From the NCBI GenBank assembly GCA_951406725.2, contig OX597821.1, positions 8,742,001-8,806,000 on the forward strand: a DNA stretch of 64,000 bases. The letters are read 5' to 3'. Shown one piece after another: positions 25,238 through 38,960 of this stretch (position 1 is its first letter; every line of letters begins with the position of its first letter). Below the pieces are notes generated by a model. The model searched no databases and was not told the origin of the DNA. It saw only the letters and a list, made by a program, of their open reading frames with translations. A program made the translations under genes and the position numbers. The stretch comes from Octopus vulgaris. Lineage: Eukaryota.

Positions 25238-25467
25238 CTATATATACATGTATAGCAAAATGTACATATAACAATATAACGTATCATGTACCCTGATGAG
25301 ATTTCTTTTGCACTGTGGAGTGCATTCGATTTTATTATATCATTCCCCATCCAAAAGGGTAGAATGCAGATATAAGCCGAAACGATCGTCATGCTGAATA
25401 AAGGTCCCAGTACAGTCAGTCTTCTCAATTATCAACACATACATACATACATACATACATACATACA

Positions 25468-25501
<34 letters not shown>

Positions 25502-26622
25502 CATACATACATACACACATACATACATACATACATATATATATATAACCAAGAAAAAAGCAACAAGAATGGATCGGTAGATTAGTACAATTGTTTCATA
25601 CTAAAAACATGTAATTTCAAGCTGCAAATATTACAGCAAATATAATGTCAAGTATTTGAATCTTTTGAATCTTAATTGTTTTTACGTATATATATATATA
25701 TATATATATATACTCCGTAATGAAAATTAGACAGAATCAGATCAGTTTAATTGCGAGTTTAGTTTGTATATACTAAAATCGCTTGTCCTCCGTCAGCGCT
25801 GTGGAAGCGCACATGCGAATGGAAATCATTCCAGCCGTGATCGCGTGAGCTATTTCCTACCTATAAAGAACCCAGATCCACGTTCTCCAGTATGTCCTTT
25901 TAAATGAGTAGTTCGTGAATTGTGGGTGATTTAGATGCAATTTCTTACTGGATCTTTGACCACGTAGAGGCCATAGCAAACGTTTAGTTGAATAATCTTT
26001 TATAGCTATGGAGAAACAGAACGACGTTAAGGGAATGACGTATGTATACGCGTAAAATCAAAGAAACAATAAGCAGGAAACCTATATGGAGCAGAGAATA
26101 AGTAAGAATGATAGCACATAAAATAACATCGAATATTTGTATATGAAAATGTAAGAAAATTGAGAAAGTTTTTTTCCCCATATTTTCTGGATAGTGTAGA
26201 TTAAATTAATCCCCTTAACTACTTATATTGAAATATGCTGGATCAACGATATTTTATTCCCAATTGCAAATCCTTTCCCACCCCTCAGATTATGTTCATG
26301 TTGAGGGTCTGTCTCTGTCTTTCAATCTCTTTCTCTCTCTCGCACTTCTCTCTCTCCCTCTCTCTCTCTGTCTCCCTCTCTCTCTCTACACACACACACA
26401 CATAGATATGTAGATATATATATCTGTGTGTGTGCTGTCTTTGTGTTTGCATGTATGTGTGTGTATTGTGTTGTGTTTGTGGGTATCTATATATATTTAT
26501 CTATGATTCTTATATATATGTATGTATGTATGTATATATATATATGTTTGTATGTATGTATGTATGTATGTATGTATATGTCTGTATGTATAAATATATA
26601 TATATATATATATATAGATGTA

Positions 26623-26711
<89 letters not shown>

Positions 26712-26749
26712 GTGTAGTGGATTTGGTAGATTTGAAAGAAGTCCGTCGT

Positions 26750-26787
<38 letters not shown>

Positions 26788-27010
26788 TTGTATGTATTTG
26801 TATCTGTGTTTGTCCCCCTCACCATCGCTTGACAACCAAATGTTGGTGTGTTTACGTCCCCGTAACTTGGAGGCTCGGCAAAAGTAACCAATAGAATAAG
26901 TACTGGACTTACAAAGAATTAGTCCCGGGGTCGATTTGTTCGACTAAAGGCGGTGCTACGGCATGGCCGCAGTCAAATAACTGAAACAAATAAAAGAACA
27001 AAAGAAAAAC
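26712..27010 (+). mobile_element. SINE family A, 5'-truncated
   Basis: GTGGATTTGGTAGA...CTTGACAACC...GGCCGCAGTCAAATAACTGAAACAAATAAAAGA. Confidence 0.85.
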
Positions 27011-28039
27011 AGGAAAGAATATATATATATATTGCATACATATATCCTTATATATATATATATATATACATATGTCTCTCTCTCTATATATATATTACAT
27101 ATATATGTCCTTATACATACATTGTGCATTTTGCATGTGTATAAAAAGCATAGCAAGCAACAATGCACAGGGTAAGTGAATCTCCTTCAAATCTACTATT
27201 TCCTACTCTATTTTCATCACTTTACACACCACTCATGAAAATACATTCCTTTCTTTCAAATCAACAAAGTTTCCGAACCGCCCAAACAACATACCCTGCA
27301 TAACATCAAGCAATGACTATCAGAGTAACGCCCATTCTGTCTACACTCAGCAGTAAATCCTTCCCCAGCCCTTAACTGTCTTCCTCCAGGGATACGTCAT
27401 AACCTGTGGAAATATTTCATTGGTTAGAAGACCAACCCTTCAACTCATACCCACTACATACTTATCGCATCTCCCCACATCTCAAAATTAACAGAGAAAG
27501 CCTTTATTAATGACAGTCCCCGACATATTGAACCTCCCTACCACGTCAATGATCACCACTAATACATTTGTAAGATTAAAACATCCGATGGAGAATTACT
27601 TCTGAAGGCTGGTCACCGATTTGAAATTTATCTTTTAACTTTGTCGGGTACTCTAAACTCCAGTCTAAATACTGTATCCGTCTTTCATTTCTTGGTTCAT
27701 CAGCTTTCTTGTAGACCCCATAGCGTTGTTCAGGGACCTCCTTCTCATCCATAAACTGTCACCTTTGGTGTCCTCAAGACGTTTTTCTACTCTACACCAT
27801 GAACTTGCTCGACGTAATCTCCTACAACACCCCACTGATACACAGATGATAACAGCCTTCTCATTTCCGTAACCAACAATAACCAACTTTGATCAACTTG
27901 ATCTATATTGATATTTGATGTTAATTCTTTCTTTACTCCATGGGCAAAATATTTAGAAAAAACTCTCCAATCGGCTTATGCGAATCTTGTTAACTGAAAT
28001 TATACAAAAATAAAACAAAACAAAAATAAAATTTTTTAA

Positions 28040-28353
<314 letters not shown>

Positions 28354-28400
28354 ATATCTATATCTATAGACAAATATCTTCAGCTAGCAGGCCTTGCAAC

Positions 28401-28446
28401 TCTAGACTGATGCTGGGCAAGACCCAGAAACATGCATGTCTCTAGA
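28401..28446 (+). ncRNA. Minimal type I hammerhead ribozyme motif (Penelope-type)
   Basis: TCTAGA CTGATGC TGGG-CAAGA-CCCA GAAA CATGCATG TC TCTAGA. Stem I 6 bp, stem II 4 bp, palindromic stem III, GUC triplet; core A9>C. Confidence 0.7.
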
Positions 28447-28671
28447 TGCGGGCCTAGCTGTTGGGGGCGTTTGTCTCCCCTTCGTAAATGTATAAGGACA
28501 CAGGAAATATGTCAAGGCCGACAGGAAGCGTCGATGCTTCCTAGGGCTAAATAGCGGTGGTGTAATTCCCTTACGGGACTGTCACGTTAAGTTGACAGTA
28601 TACAACCACTCTATCGCTCCACCAACGCAAAACATATCTCTATGAGATATTTAGAAATTTAATATTTCTGA

Positions 28672-28714
<43 letters not shown>

Positions 28715-28789
28715 GTATATATTATATATACATATATATATTTTTATTTTATCTAGTTTCAGCTCACGAGCTGTGGCCATGCTGGGGCA

Positions 28790-28856
<67 letters not shown>

Positions 28857-28860
<4 letters not shown>

Positions 28861-30096
28861 GTCATTAACAATAAAATGGCCGACTTTGAACAGAAAGTTT
28901 ATTCTACTTCATTTCAACAAAAACCAATGCAGTTAATCAAAGTATGCATCTAAATTATCAACACGATTTTGCCATTTTATCGGTAGCTTATTTATGCCGT
29001 TAGCGAAGAATTCTGGAGAGCAAAGGGCGATGAAATCATGAAAGGCTGTTTTTGCATCTTCTTCAGATTTAAGGTTTTTACTTTGGAAAATGTTGTCTAA
29101 TGTCTGGAAAACGCGATAGTCAGTTGGTGCAAGGTATGGTGAATATGGTGGAGTACTTCTAAGTTCAGTTCCTGTAACATGAGTAGCATTCTTTGTGCAA
29201 CATGTGGTCGAGCATTGTCTTGCAAGAGAAGTGGCCTGTCTTTATTTATTGACCAATCTCGGTTGTGTAATTGCAAGTTCACTCATCATGCCATCAAATT
29301 GGCTGGTGTATACATCCGCTGTAATTGACTCCTACTGGTGATGACACCAGCACTAGACCACCAAACAACACCGTTAGCTTTTTGGGGGTTGTGTTTTATC
29401 ACTTCGTCTCTATCCAACTACCGTGCAGAACGCTTGCTATTGTTGTAAAGAAACCATTTTTCATCACACGTAACAATAAATTGCAAAAATGGTTCACTTT
29501 TACGTTATGACATCAAAGAACAGCAAGTTTCAAGACGAAGTGTCATTTGATGCTCGTTCAGTTCGTGTCGTACCCACCTGTCCAGCTTCTTTACAATGCC
29601 GATTTGTTTCAGATGGTCCAATACAAGTTGGAACCGAAACATCAAACCTTGCTACTAACACAGTCGTAGTATGAGATATATCCGATTCCACTACAGTTTC
29701 CAGTTCATCACTAACCACCTTGGTCACAGATCTACTACAAGACTGATTTCTAAGAGTAAAGTCACCAGACCGGAACTTCTCAAGCCATCGACGTAGAGTG
29801 CACTCATTCACCATACTTCACCAAACACCTCATTGATGTTTCGAGCTGTCTGGGATGCACTGCTTCCACGACAGAACTCATATTCCTAAACAGCTCGAAC
29901 TTTTGATGTATCTCTGGTTTTACAATAATTGATTTACAAGAGAAAAGTCACAATATAATCAGACACCATGATTTGCATTTCGAAAAGTGATGATGTAACT
30001 CTTCAATATTGTAAAACAAAGAGTTGTCAGGATAAAACACAGTTAACAACTGTCAAACTTGGTGCATGACAAAGTCGGTCATTTGATTCTCAATAA

Positions 30097-30101
<5 letters not shown>
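28857..30101 (-). mobile_element. Full-length decayed mariner transposon (1245 bp, cecropia/Hsmar1-like)
   Basis: TIRs TCAGGTCATTAACAATAAAATGGCCGACTTTG and (reverse complement) TCAGATTATTGAGAATCAAATGACCGACTTTG, both flanked by TA within (TA)n. Confidence 0.92.
28933..29915 (-). pseudogene. Mariner transposase pseudogene
   Basis: EYEFCRGSSASQTARNINEVFG; TLRRWLEKFRSGDFTL; PLLLQDNARPHVAQ; C-terminal GINKLPIKWQNRVDNLDAYFD*; frameshifted. Confidence 0.92.
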
Positions 30102-30135
<34 letters not shown>

Positions 30136-30141
30136 CATACA

Positions 30142-30173
<32 letters not shown>

Positions 30174-30273
30174 CATATACATACATACATACATATATAC
30201 ATACATATACATGCATATACATGCATACATGCATATACATGCATATATATAATATATATTCATGCATACAGAA

Positions 30274-30304
<31 letters not shown>

Positions 30305-30360
30305 GCTAGACAGATAGATAATGATATAGATATAAATTTATATATATATATATATATATA

Positions 30361-30565
30361 ACGGGAAGGTTTACGAAAATAAACAAAAGACGAAGGCAGG
30401 TGGAGTACAAACAAACAATGTATTAGTATGGCGCTCAGGAATAGAAATAAAACAAGTCTTTTACGTTTCGAGCCTACGCTCTTCAACAGAAAGATACACA
30501 GAAAAGAAACAAGAAGAGAAACAAGGAGAGAAAAAAATTGCGTGTAAGGGGGGCTAACGATCCAA
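30361..30565 (-). mobile_element. Penelope-like terminal fragment in (TA)n with a minimal hammerhead-like motif at 30457-30494
   Basis: Minus strand TCTTT CTGTTGA A GAGC-GTAG-GCTC GAAA CG TA AAAGA. The downstream tail resembles 20855-20950. Confidence 0.55.
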
Positions 30566-30598
30566 TATATATATATGTATATGTATATATATATGTAA

Positions 30599-30661
<63 letters not shown>

Positions 30662-30767
30662 TATGTATCTAATGGAACTCTTGTCCTTACGCTCTTAATA
30701 CTGAGTTTGGTCTCCTTCAGAGCCTTCCTAAATGTACAGGCTAATACATACATAAACACACACACAC

Positions 30768-30820
<53 letters not shown>

Positions 30821-30969
30821 TATTTATAATCAATTACTTATCTTAACCACAGATAAAATTAACAATTCTTTCTTCGATAGTTCCCATTCAAATTTTACTT
30901 ACATATATATATATTTGACCAGCGGTGTCAAATGCAGGCCCGGCGAACTGGTCGGTCAATGTGATCAAT

Positions 30970-31055
<86 letters not shown>

Positions 31056-31223
31056 TATATAATAGTGGGGTTAGTTCACAGATAATCTAAACGGATAGGT
31101 ATGCTGGGAAACTTAAACTGCGAAAGTGTATATATCTTTTCCTTTTTCTATTTTTTTCTACATTTCTTTATTTATTTCTCCAGTCCTTTACTCCATCTAT
31201 ACCCTTTCACTTTCTCACCACCT

Positions 31224-31282
31224 GTCTCCGATGATGGGATATTCCACATGTTTTTGGGATATCCCAGAAACATCTGTAAGAC
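31224..31282 (+). ncRNA. Minimal type I hammerhead ribozyme motif (U4>C variant) in a Penelope-like island (about 31060-31375)
   Basis: GTCT CCGATGA TGGGATATTCC-ACATGTTTTT-GGGATATCCCA GAAA CATCTG TA AGAC. Stem I 4 bp, stem II 11 bp, GUA triplet. Confidence 0.7.
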
Positions 31283-31373
31283 TTTAAAATTGTTTAATAA
31301 TTCATAATAATAATAATAGTAGCTTACGAGACTTGTGATGTCTTGCTTTGTTTATTGTTATCCTTTGTAACAA

Positions 31374-31430
<57 letters not shown>

Positions 31431-31441
31431 CATATATATTC

Positions 31442-31512
<71 letters not shown>

Positions 31513-33399
31513 TTGTACATTTAAACATAAAAGAGGTGACCCTAACAGGACACCTTACATGCTAGATATATATGTATACACGCACACACATATACGTATA
31601 TATAGATTGCTGCTGTTGTTGTTGTTGTGGTCAAACAACAACAGTATGAACCACAACAACGGATGCTGAGTTGCTGAACATGCTGGAGATACAAAATTCA
31701 CTACCTAGGAAGTATGACATATAACCAATATTAATTTTAAAGATGTGTTATCTGAAAGGACATTTACTATTACCGTTTACATTATTTACGTTTTGTTTTT
31801 AGATCTGATTATATCTTCTTAATGTCAGTTAGTAATTAGTTACATTTATATATAAAGAAAAAAACTAAAACCTCACCGCCAAAACAACCTATAAAATACA
31901 AAGAATGGAAGCAACCGTATTTTCTCTTTTAGTTCTTTTTTCTTTTAAGATCTATAATTATCCACCATTAATAGCGAAATTAATTGTAAATTATATGGTA
32001 ACTTTTATCGTATTGTTCTGCTTTTGCTAAAAATATAACAAAAGAAATATCTCGAAAATAATTGTAATGCAACATGTTATTTAGGAATTTTATTACGAAT
32101 CCTCCGAAGCGAGAGAGAAAGAAGGGAATAAGGAATTTATAATGTAATGATGATAATAATAATAATAACATCAACAACAGTAATTATGATAATAACCACG
32201 ACAAAAACAGAGAGAAGAATTGTAAATGATAGAAAAATAATAAATAACAAGACAAAATTAATACTAAATACAGGCATTTCATGATTCCAGTCAACTATAT
32301 CTAATAAATATCTTGCTTAATGTTGAGGTCAATTATGTATCATTGAACATGATATTTAATTACATGCATGTTTTTTAGTTGTCAATATTCTTATCCATTG
32401 TTCTCTTCTGAAGAACGACTGCTGTTAATGCACTGCTTGTAACTTCCTAATGAATCGTATGTGCCGCCGATTTTGAAATACAGCAGACCCTCGATATAAC
32501 GGACAAAAAGGGAAGAGAAATGTGTGTACGTCATTGATGAAAATTCGATTAATTGAAGGTAGGGGTAACTAGGGTCTATCCCTCTACCCATCACCCCGTC
32601 TCTCTGTCTCTTTTTCTCATTCTCTTTCTCTTTCTCTCCCTCTTCTAGGAATTCTAAATCACATAACTTTCATCCACATACATCCAAAGCCATTTCTCTT
32701 TTATTGCATCTCAGGCATTTCACGAGTATTTCTAGTTTTCTTTGTATCTTTATACATCAATGTTTTGTTTCTTTTTACTGCTTTCACTTTATACTTCCTC
32801 TTTTAATCCATCCCATAATACATTGCGGAACACCTCGCTTCCTCTATCGCGCACTCTTTCTTTTCCTTTCCTCTCAAAACTATTTATATATTCTGTTCAT
32901 TCTATTCACGTAATTTTTAACTTTTTAAAATTATCAGCGCTTAACATATTGCATTATTAATTATAATTAATGATCAGTATTGACAAAAATATTAGAACGT
33001 CAAAAATGCATTGTTCCGACTCGATATGTTCTTGGTGAAAATCGCATCGAGATTAATTTTGCTTTTCATCCCTCTAAGATCGAATAAATAAAGTACCAGT
33101 CAAGAACTTAGGACATCGTCACCGAAAAATTCCTCTCCCCATCCTCCTCCACTCCTTCTCCATTCCTTCACATCACCACCTCCCCTTCTCCATTCATCCT
33201 CCTCCCTCCTTCTCTTCATCGTTATTATTATTATTATTATTGTTGTTGTTGTTGTTGTTATTATTATTATTATTAGTAGTAGTAGTAGTAGTAATAGTAG
33301 TAGAAGTAGTAGAAGTAGTAGTGGTGATATTAAGGCAGTCAGCTAGCAGAATAGTAAGTGCACACGATATAATGCTCTGTGGTAGTGCCTCCGAACCTT

Positions 33400-34030
33400 G
33401 TTTCAGGACGTTAATTCCAATTTGCAATCCATTTAAATTCAGTGTAAGCGTGAGAAACGAGTTTTCTTTTTTAGCTACTGCAGTTTCTGCTAGGTGAGGG
33501 TGGCAAGTGCAACTTCATCAAGGATCATTACCCATTTCCGCATTGCCGAATTTAGAGTTAATCAGCACAGTGCAGAATATTCTGAAAGTGGGAACAAGAA
33601 CACAACCTTGTTTGATACTTTTGTGGATGTTGAAGATCTCAGAGAAACTACCATTCAACTACACGGTATCTTTCATGTTGAAGTGGAAAGACTTTATCAT
33701 ACCCAGCAGTTTTGAAGGGCAACCGTTCTTGAGAAAAAACATTGAAAGGGACAATCTCTTTGACCATGTTGAACGCCTTGAACACATCGATGGAAGTGAC
33801 GTACAAAAGCTTTTGCGATTCATGGCATCTTCCATGAAATTAGTGAAGAACGAAAACCTTAGTCCCGTTGAGCTCTCTGCCGCTCTGAGATTCGGGGCAT
33901 GTAAGATCTGTCAGCTTTTGTATATGGTTCAAGACGATCGGTCCAGGGAGCAAGAAGTTAGCTTCGCATTAAAGATGCTGAATACAGTAGAACAACATAG
34001 AAATGTCTCACAATGACTTTTGTCTCTTTG
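33400..34030 (-). pseudogene. RTE-clade LINE reverse transcriptase remnant
   Basis: Minus strand ...CPESQSG...; YVTSIDVFKAFNMV...KNGCPSKLLGMIKSFHFNMKDTV*LNGSFSEIFNIHKSIKQGCVLVPT, the typical RTE RT motifs (DxxKAFD, GCP, GVKQGCVLAP). Confidence 0.85.
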
Positions 34031-34481
34031 CATTAACATAATCCGAGGCCCAATTATCCTTCACAGTGTGCATGATTTAACACTATATTCTACGTCTGAA
34101 TCAAAAGAGACCTTTGGTGACAATATCTCATTGCACATCGTCACCTCATAAAGAAATAAACAATTTATAGTTGTGAGTGGCATTACAGAGTCAGTGCAGA
34201 CTTCGAGCTATGGTCCTCATGAAATGGGTGTTTAATGTGAGTAAATTCAACGATGACGGACATCAACTGCACGTGCTAGGAACTAATAATATCTTATGCA
34301 TCATCAACTCCCAAATCCAAATCTTGATAGTTCAAATGAAAACGAAAATTATAACAGACGAGGGCGTTCAACACCACCAATGGTACACATGCTCCAGCTT
34401 GTCAAATGAAAGTGCGACGAACAATAACAAATCATCACCATTTGCACGTTTCTTTTATTTTCAGACAAGAAAAGCAGCGTT

Positions 34482-34707
34482 ACTCTTTACTCTTTTACTC
34501 TTTTACTCTTCTACTTGTTTCAGTCATTTTACTGCGGCCATGCTGGAGCACCGCCTTTAATCGAGCAAATCGACTCCGGGACTTATTCTTTGTAAGACCA
34601 GTACTTATTCTATCGGTCTCTTTTTGCCGAACCGCTAAGTGACGGGAACGTAAACACACCAGCATCGGTTGTCAAGCGATGCTAGGGAGACAAACACAGA
34701 CACACAA

Positions 34708-34768
<61 letters not shown>

Positions 34769-34938
34769 CATATATACGACAGGCTTCTTTTAGTTTCCGT
34801 CTACCAAATCCACTCACAAGGCATTGGTCGGTCCGGGGCTATAACAGAAGACACTTGCCCAAGATGCCACGCAGTGGGACTGAAGCCGGAACCATGTGGT
34901 TGGTTAGCAAGCTACTTACCACACAGCCACTCCAGCGT
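34482..34938 (-). mobile_element. SINE family A, full length
   Basis: Reverse complement of the 2553-2985 type with (CTCTTTTA)n tail and internal (CA)n(TA)n. Confidence 0.92.
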
Positions 34939-35201
34939 TATAGAACATTTTCCTGAAAGAAATAAAGTATGAGGGTATTACGTCCGGAAGATACCAACCA
35001 GCCTGCCACAAGCTATTATAGAGTTGTATGTCCTTTGCTAAGGCCACAGGGAATTTCTTTTTGCCATCCGAGGAAAAAAATACCCCCCACCACTACTTCA
35101 AAAATGGCGGCCGCTGTAGTTGAAAATAACAACATGAACTTTAAAAATCATATGCCTTCAAATTTTATTCAAACTGAACTCATCATAGTTATTCTATATG
35201 C

Positions 35202-35289
<88 letters not shown>

Positions 35290-35343
35290 GGATATATACG
35301 TGTGTGCATGTATGCATAGATATAATATTAAATACACACGAAG

Positions 35344-35512
35344 ACGGCGAGCTGGTTGAATCGATAGTACTCCGATTAAAATGCTTCGTGGCATTTCGAC
35401 CGTGTCACATTCTGAGTTCAAATTCCGTCGAGATCAACTTTACCTTTCATCATTTCGGGGTTGATAAAATAAGTACCAGTGAATTTTCTGGCCTCGAGCT
35501 AAAATTTGAAGC
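35344..35512 (+). mobile_element. SINE family B, degenerate and internally deleted
   Basis: GGCGAGCTGG...TTCTGAGTTCAAATTCCGTCGAGATCAACTTTACCTTTCATC...AAGTACCAG. Confidence 0.75.
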
Positions 35513-35600
35513 TAATAGTAAATACATGTATAATATATAAGTATAAATATGTATTTATGCATATAGTATTAAATACATACATATGAATTATATATATATA

Positions 35601-35788
35601 CTTTATTTAAAGCAGCAGAAAATTCAACAAAACCTGTTACTCTGAGTTTCCCGTTGCCGTTCATCGAACGGCAACGGGAAACTCAGGGTAACTTGAATTT
35701 TCTGCTGCTTTAAATAAAGCATATTACTCTACCACTGGTATTTGAGTACTCTTTTTTCCACCTTGTTTCACATTTATGTGTTTACTCC

Positions 35789-35790
<2 letters not shown>
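35601..35790. mobile_element. Fold-back Penelope-like remnant (hairpin 35601-35719) centred on a truncated hammerhead core
   Basis: Near-perfect palindrome with a 3-nt apex (35663-35665) and an 8-nt bulge. The minus strand of the left arm reads CGATGA ACGGCAACGG GAAA CTCAGAG TA ACAGG. Confidence 0.65.
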
Positions 35791-35839
<49 letters not shown>

Positions 35840-36734
35840 GTGTGTGTGTGTGTGTGTGTTGTATCACTATCACTAAGGTTTATTATTAAGGTTTTTATTA
35901 AGATTTGGGGAAAGGAGTTAGGCTATGAATTTACTTTTACCTAGTAAACTCTTGGAGAACGCTTACTTTTCGAGGAATACTCCTACATTATGTCGACGTT
36001 TCGGTGATATTTAATTACTACAGCCAATAAGCATTGATCAATAGCTGATAGCTACGACCACAAATTATTCACTAGCGAGAAGGCGTTGCGTTGGTTTTGC
36101 TGTTGACGTACTATTTTCTACACTCTCTCTGTTCTCTCTTTCTTTGCTGCCTTTCCTTCTCTTTCTGACTTTCTTCCTTTCTTACTGTTTTCTTTCTCTC
36201 CTTATAATTATAACAAATGATGTGTTGTTTTTAGTAATGAAACAAATCAGATTAAATTGTGAATAAAATATGACTTGCCTTCTCTACGGTATCTTAAGAG
36301 GTAATTTTCATGACGTGTCTTAAGATAATTTCTTTGGTATGATGTTCAGTTATTGCGTGTTTGGATGTCATTTACGTTCGGTATTTTCGTAGACGTATAA
36401 ATTGGTTTCTCTTATATTGAAAACGAAACAACAATTTTAGACGCTGGAGGATCAATAGACAAATGGCACTCGTAGATAATAATCAGACTGAGTTGTGTAA
36501 ACACCAAATTTAATAAATACTTTATTCTTGTTTGATTTCGGAAACAGAGTTTTGCAAAAATGTTGCATAAAGCTAGAGGGTCCACTAAAAGAATATTTCT
36601 ACTATTTATACAATTATTGAAACTTTTATAAAATTTACATCAGCATGATGTACCAATGTACAATCACCTACACACTCACACGCACACACAGACATAAACA
36701 CACACAAACACACACACGCACACATATACAGACA

Positions 36735-37490
36735 CAGTGTTCAGGCGAAATTGGAGAGTTTCCATGAAACGTGAAAATAAAAACATTAATAAAAATTAAA
36801 ACAGATCAACTAAATTATGAATGGGAGTTAACGGGTTACTCAGAATAGCCGCCACAGCTTCCACTACACTCGAAAGATAGCTCGGGGACCTGGTGTACCT
36901 GTTCCTCACTTTGTCCCGGAGAAGATCTACGTAGACCTACTTAATCTTCGCTCTTCTTTTGGTCTTGGTGCTGCAAGCAAAGTCGCTGGTATTTTTGTTA
37001 ATAGCTCACCCCCACAGAAATCGATGGGGTTAAAATCAGGAGAATTAAGAGATCAGAGGTTCGTACTCGTAAAGTCTTTGACAACGACTTCTGACTCTTT
37101 ACAGATCTATGCCAAGGATGTGAATCATGCTGTTACACATTGGCTTTTCAATAGTAACCCTTTACAGCCAGGAATCGACCATAATCTCCAGCAGCTTTAA
37201 TAGCCGTCTAAATCGATACTACGTTCGTCGTCAATGGATTCCGTCGTGTGGATGTGGTCAGAACGTCTGGAGAGTCCCATTCTGCTGGTTAGCGCTTCAT
37301 AGTCACCGATGCAGCTGTCCATGTCACGTCTTGCAACCTTTACAGTTTTCACAGAGTATTGAGCATCAGTGAAGATGACACCATTTTTATACTCAAGGCA
37401 AATCCCCATGATATAAGAAACTCTTTTTCAACATTCTTAAAGTTCCAATCCTCTGTGTCATGTAACATTTTCTCAACTGCAACTTTAAAT
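36735..37490 (-). pseudogene. maT/DD37D-like Tc1-mariner transposase remnant (3' part)
   Basis: Minus strand V*QHDSHPWHRSVKSQKSLS..DFTSTNL*SLNSPDFNPIDF, matching the WQQDxAPxH...WPPNSPDxNPxDY pattern with Asp as the third catalytic residue. A possible TIR starts CAGTGTTCAGG at 36735. Confidence 0.7.
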
Positions 37491-37572
37491 TATGTATGTA
37501 TGTATGTATGTATGTATGTATGTATGTATGTATGTATGTATGTATGTATGTATGTATGTATGTATATATATG

Positions 37573-37604
<32 letters not shown>

Positions 37605-37780
37605 TGTATGTATGTATGTATGTATGTATGTATGTATGTATGTATGTATGTATGTATCTATCTATCTATCTATCTATCTATCTAATTTTCTATCAGACTG
37701 TGTGAGAGTGTACTGTATTTTTAGTCTGTTTCCGCTTGTGTTTAAATTTGCCGTAAGGTAACTTAACCACAGTGGCAGTA

Positions 37781-37986
<206 letters not shown>

Positions 37987-38291
37987 GCAGGATGTGTGCT
38001 TGTGTGTGTGTATGTACGTGAATGTAAGTTATGCACGTCCACAAATTCGCACGCATATTGTTCCAATTTTTGGAGGACATTCGTCACGATCCTAGTTGTA
38101 TTTTCGTCAAATTATTTTACCCCGTGGCACCAGCGAATACCGGTAAAAATAAATTTTCAACCATAACTTAAGAATTTTCATGGCAGAGAAATCTACCGTT
38201 GTTTACAAACATGAGTTAAGTCCCCTTCTAGCGACGGGTAAGCTTTTAAGACATTTGATTTTTTTCCATCGAGGAAAAAAGTGTTTTCTGG

Positions 38292-38311
38292 ATATACGGG
38301 CAACACATACA

Positions 38312-38378
<67 letters not shown>

Positions 38379-38907
38379 CACACTCATATATGCGCACACA
38401 CGAACGCATACACACACACGCACACACACACACGTGCGTACACCTATTGCATACATGTTTTTTGTACGCATGCATGTTCATATGTGTGTGTGTATGACAG
38501 GAGCCATTTACACATAAATACGGCGATCTTTCGATATGAGAACTGCGTTTATAACTTCTTACAGCACGTGTATTTGTTTGTTTCTGAAGATCGTCGCTTT
38601 CCGTACTTTTAAAAAAATGTTCTACATATGTGGGGCGAGGGGAAAGGGGATCTTTTGAAGTCGGCGTGAAAGCGAAAGAGAGTGAGAGAGCGCGTTGGAT
38701 CAGGGAAGTTCATTTGAAGTTGGCGTGCCCTATGTGTGTGTGTTTGTGTGTGTGTGTGTTTGGGTGTTTGATGGGGTCTGCGAAACAGAAATTGTGGTGT
38801 GTATGTGAAATTATTTTGTTAATATGAGTGAAGAGACAAAGAGAGTAACGTTGCTGTTGTGTGTATGTGTGAGAGAGACAGGTTTTGTATGTATGAATGG
38901 ATTCAGT

Positions 38908-38960
<53 letters not shown>

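Noticed and set aside
27170-27900. Possible old LINE 3' remnants
   Set aside because: Composition is suggestive but I could not recover a diagnostic motif; left unannotated
30918-30975. hAT-like terminal sequence CAGCGGTGTCAAA...GGCCCG
   Set aside because: Only about 30 bp with no matching second end or 8-bp TSD
33507-34016. 169-aa plus-strand ORF with complex sequence
   Set aside because: It is antisense to a recognisable RTE reverse-transcriptase remnant; most likely a shadow ORF
35975-36060. GAAACGTC half-core on the minus strand
   Set aside because: No CUGANGA with a matching stem I upstream; at best a decayed remnant
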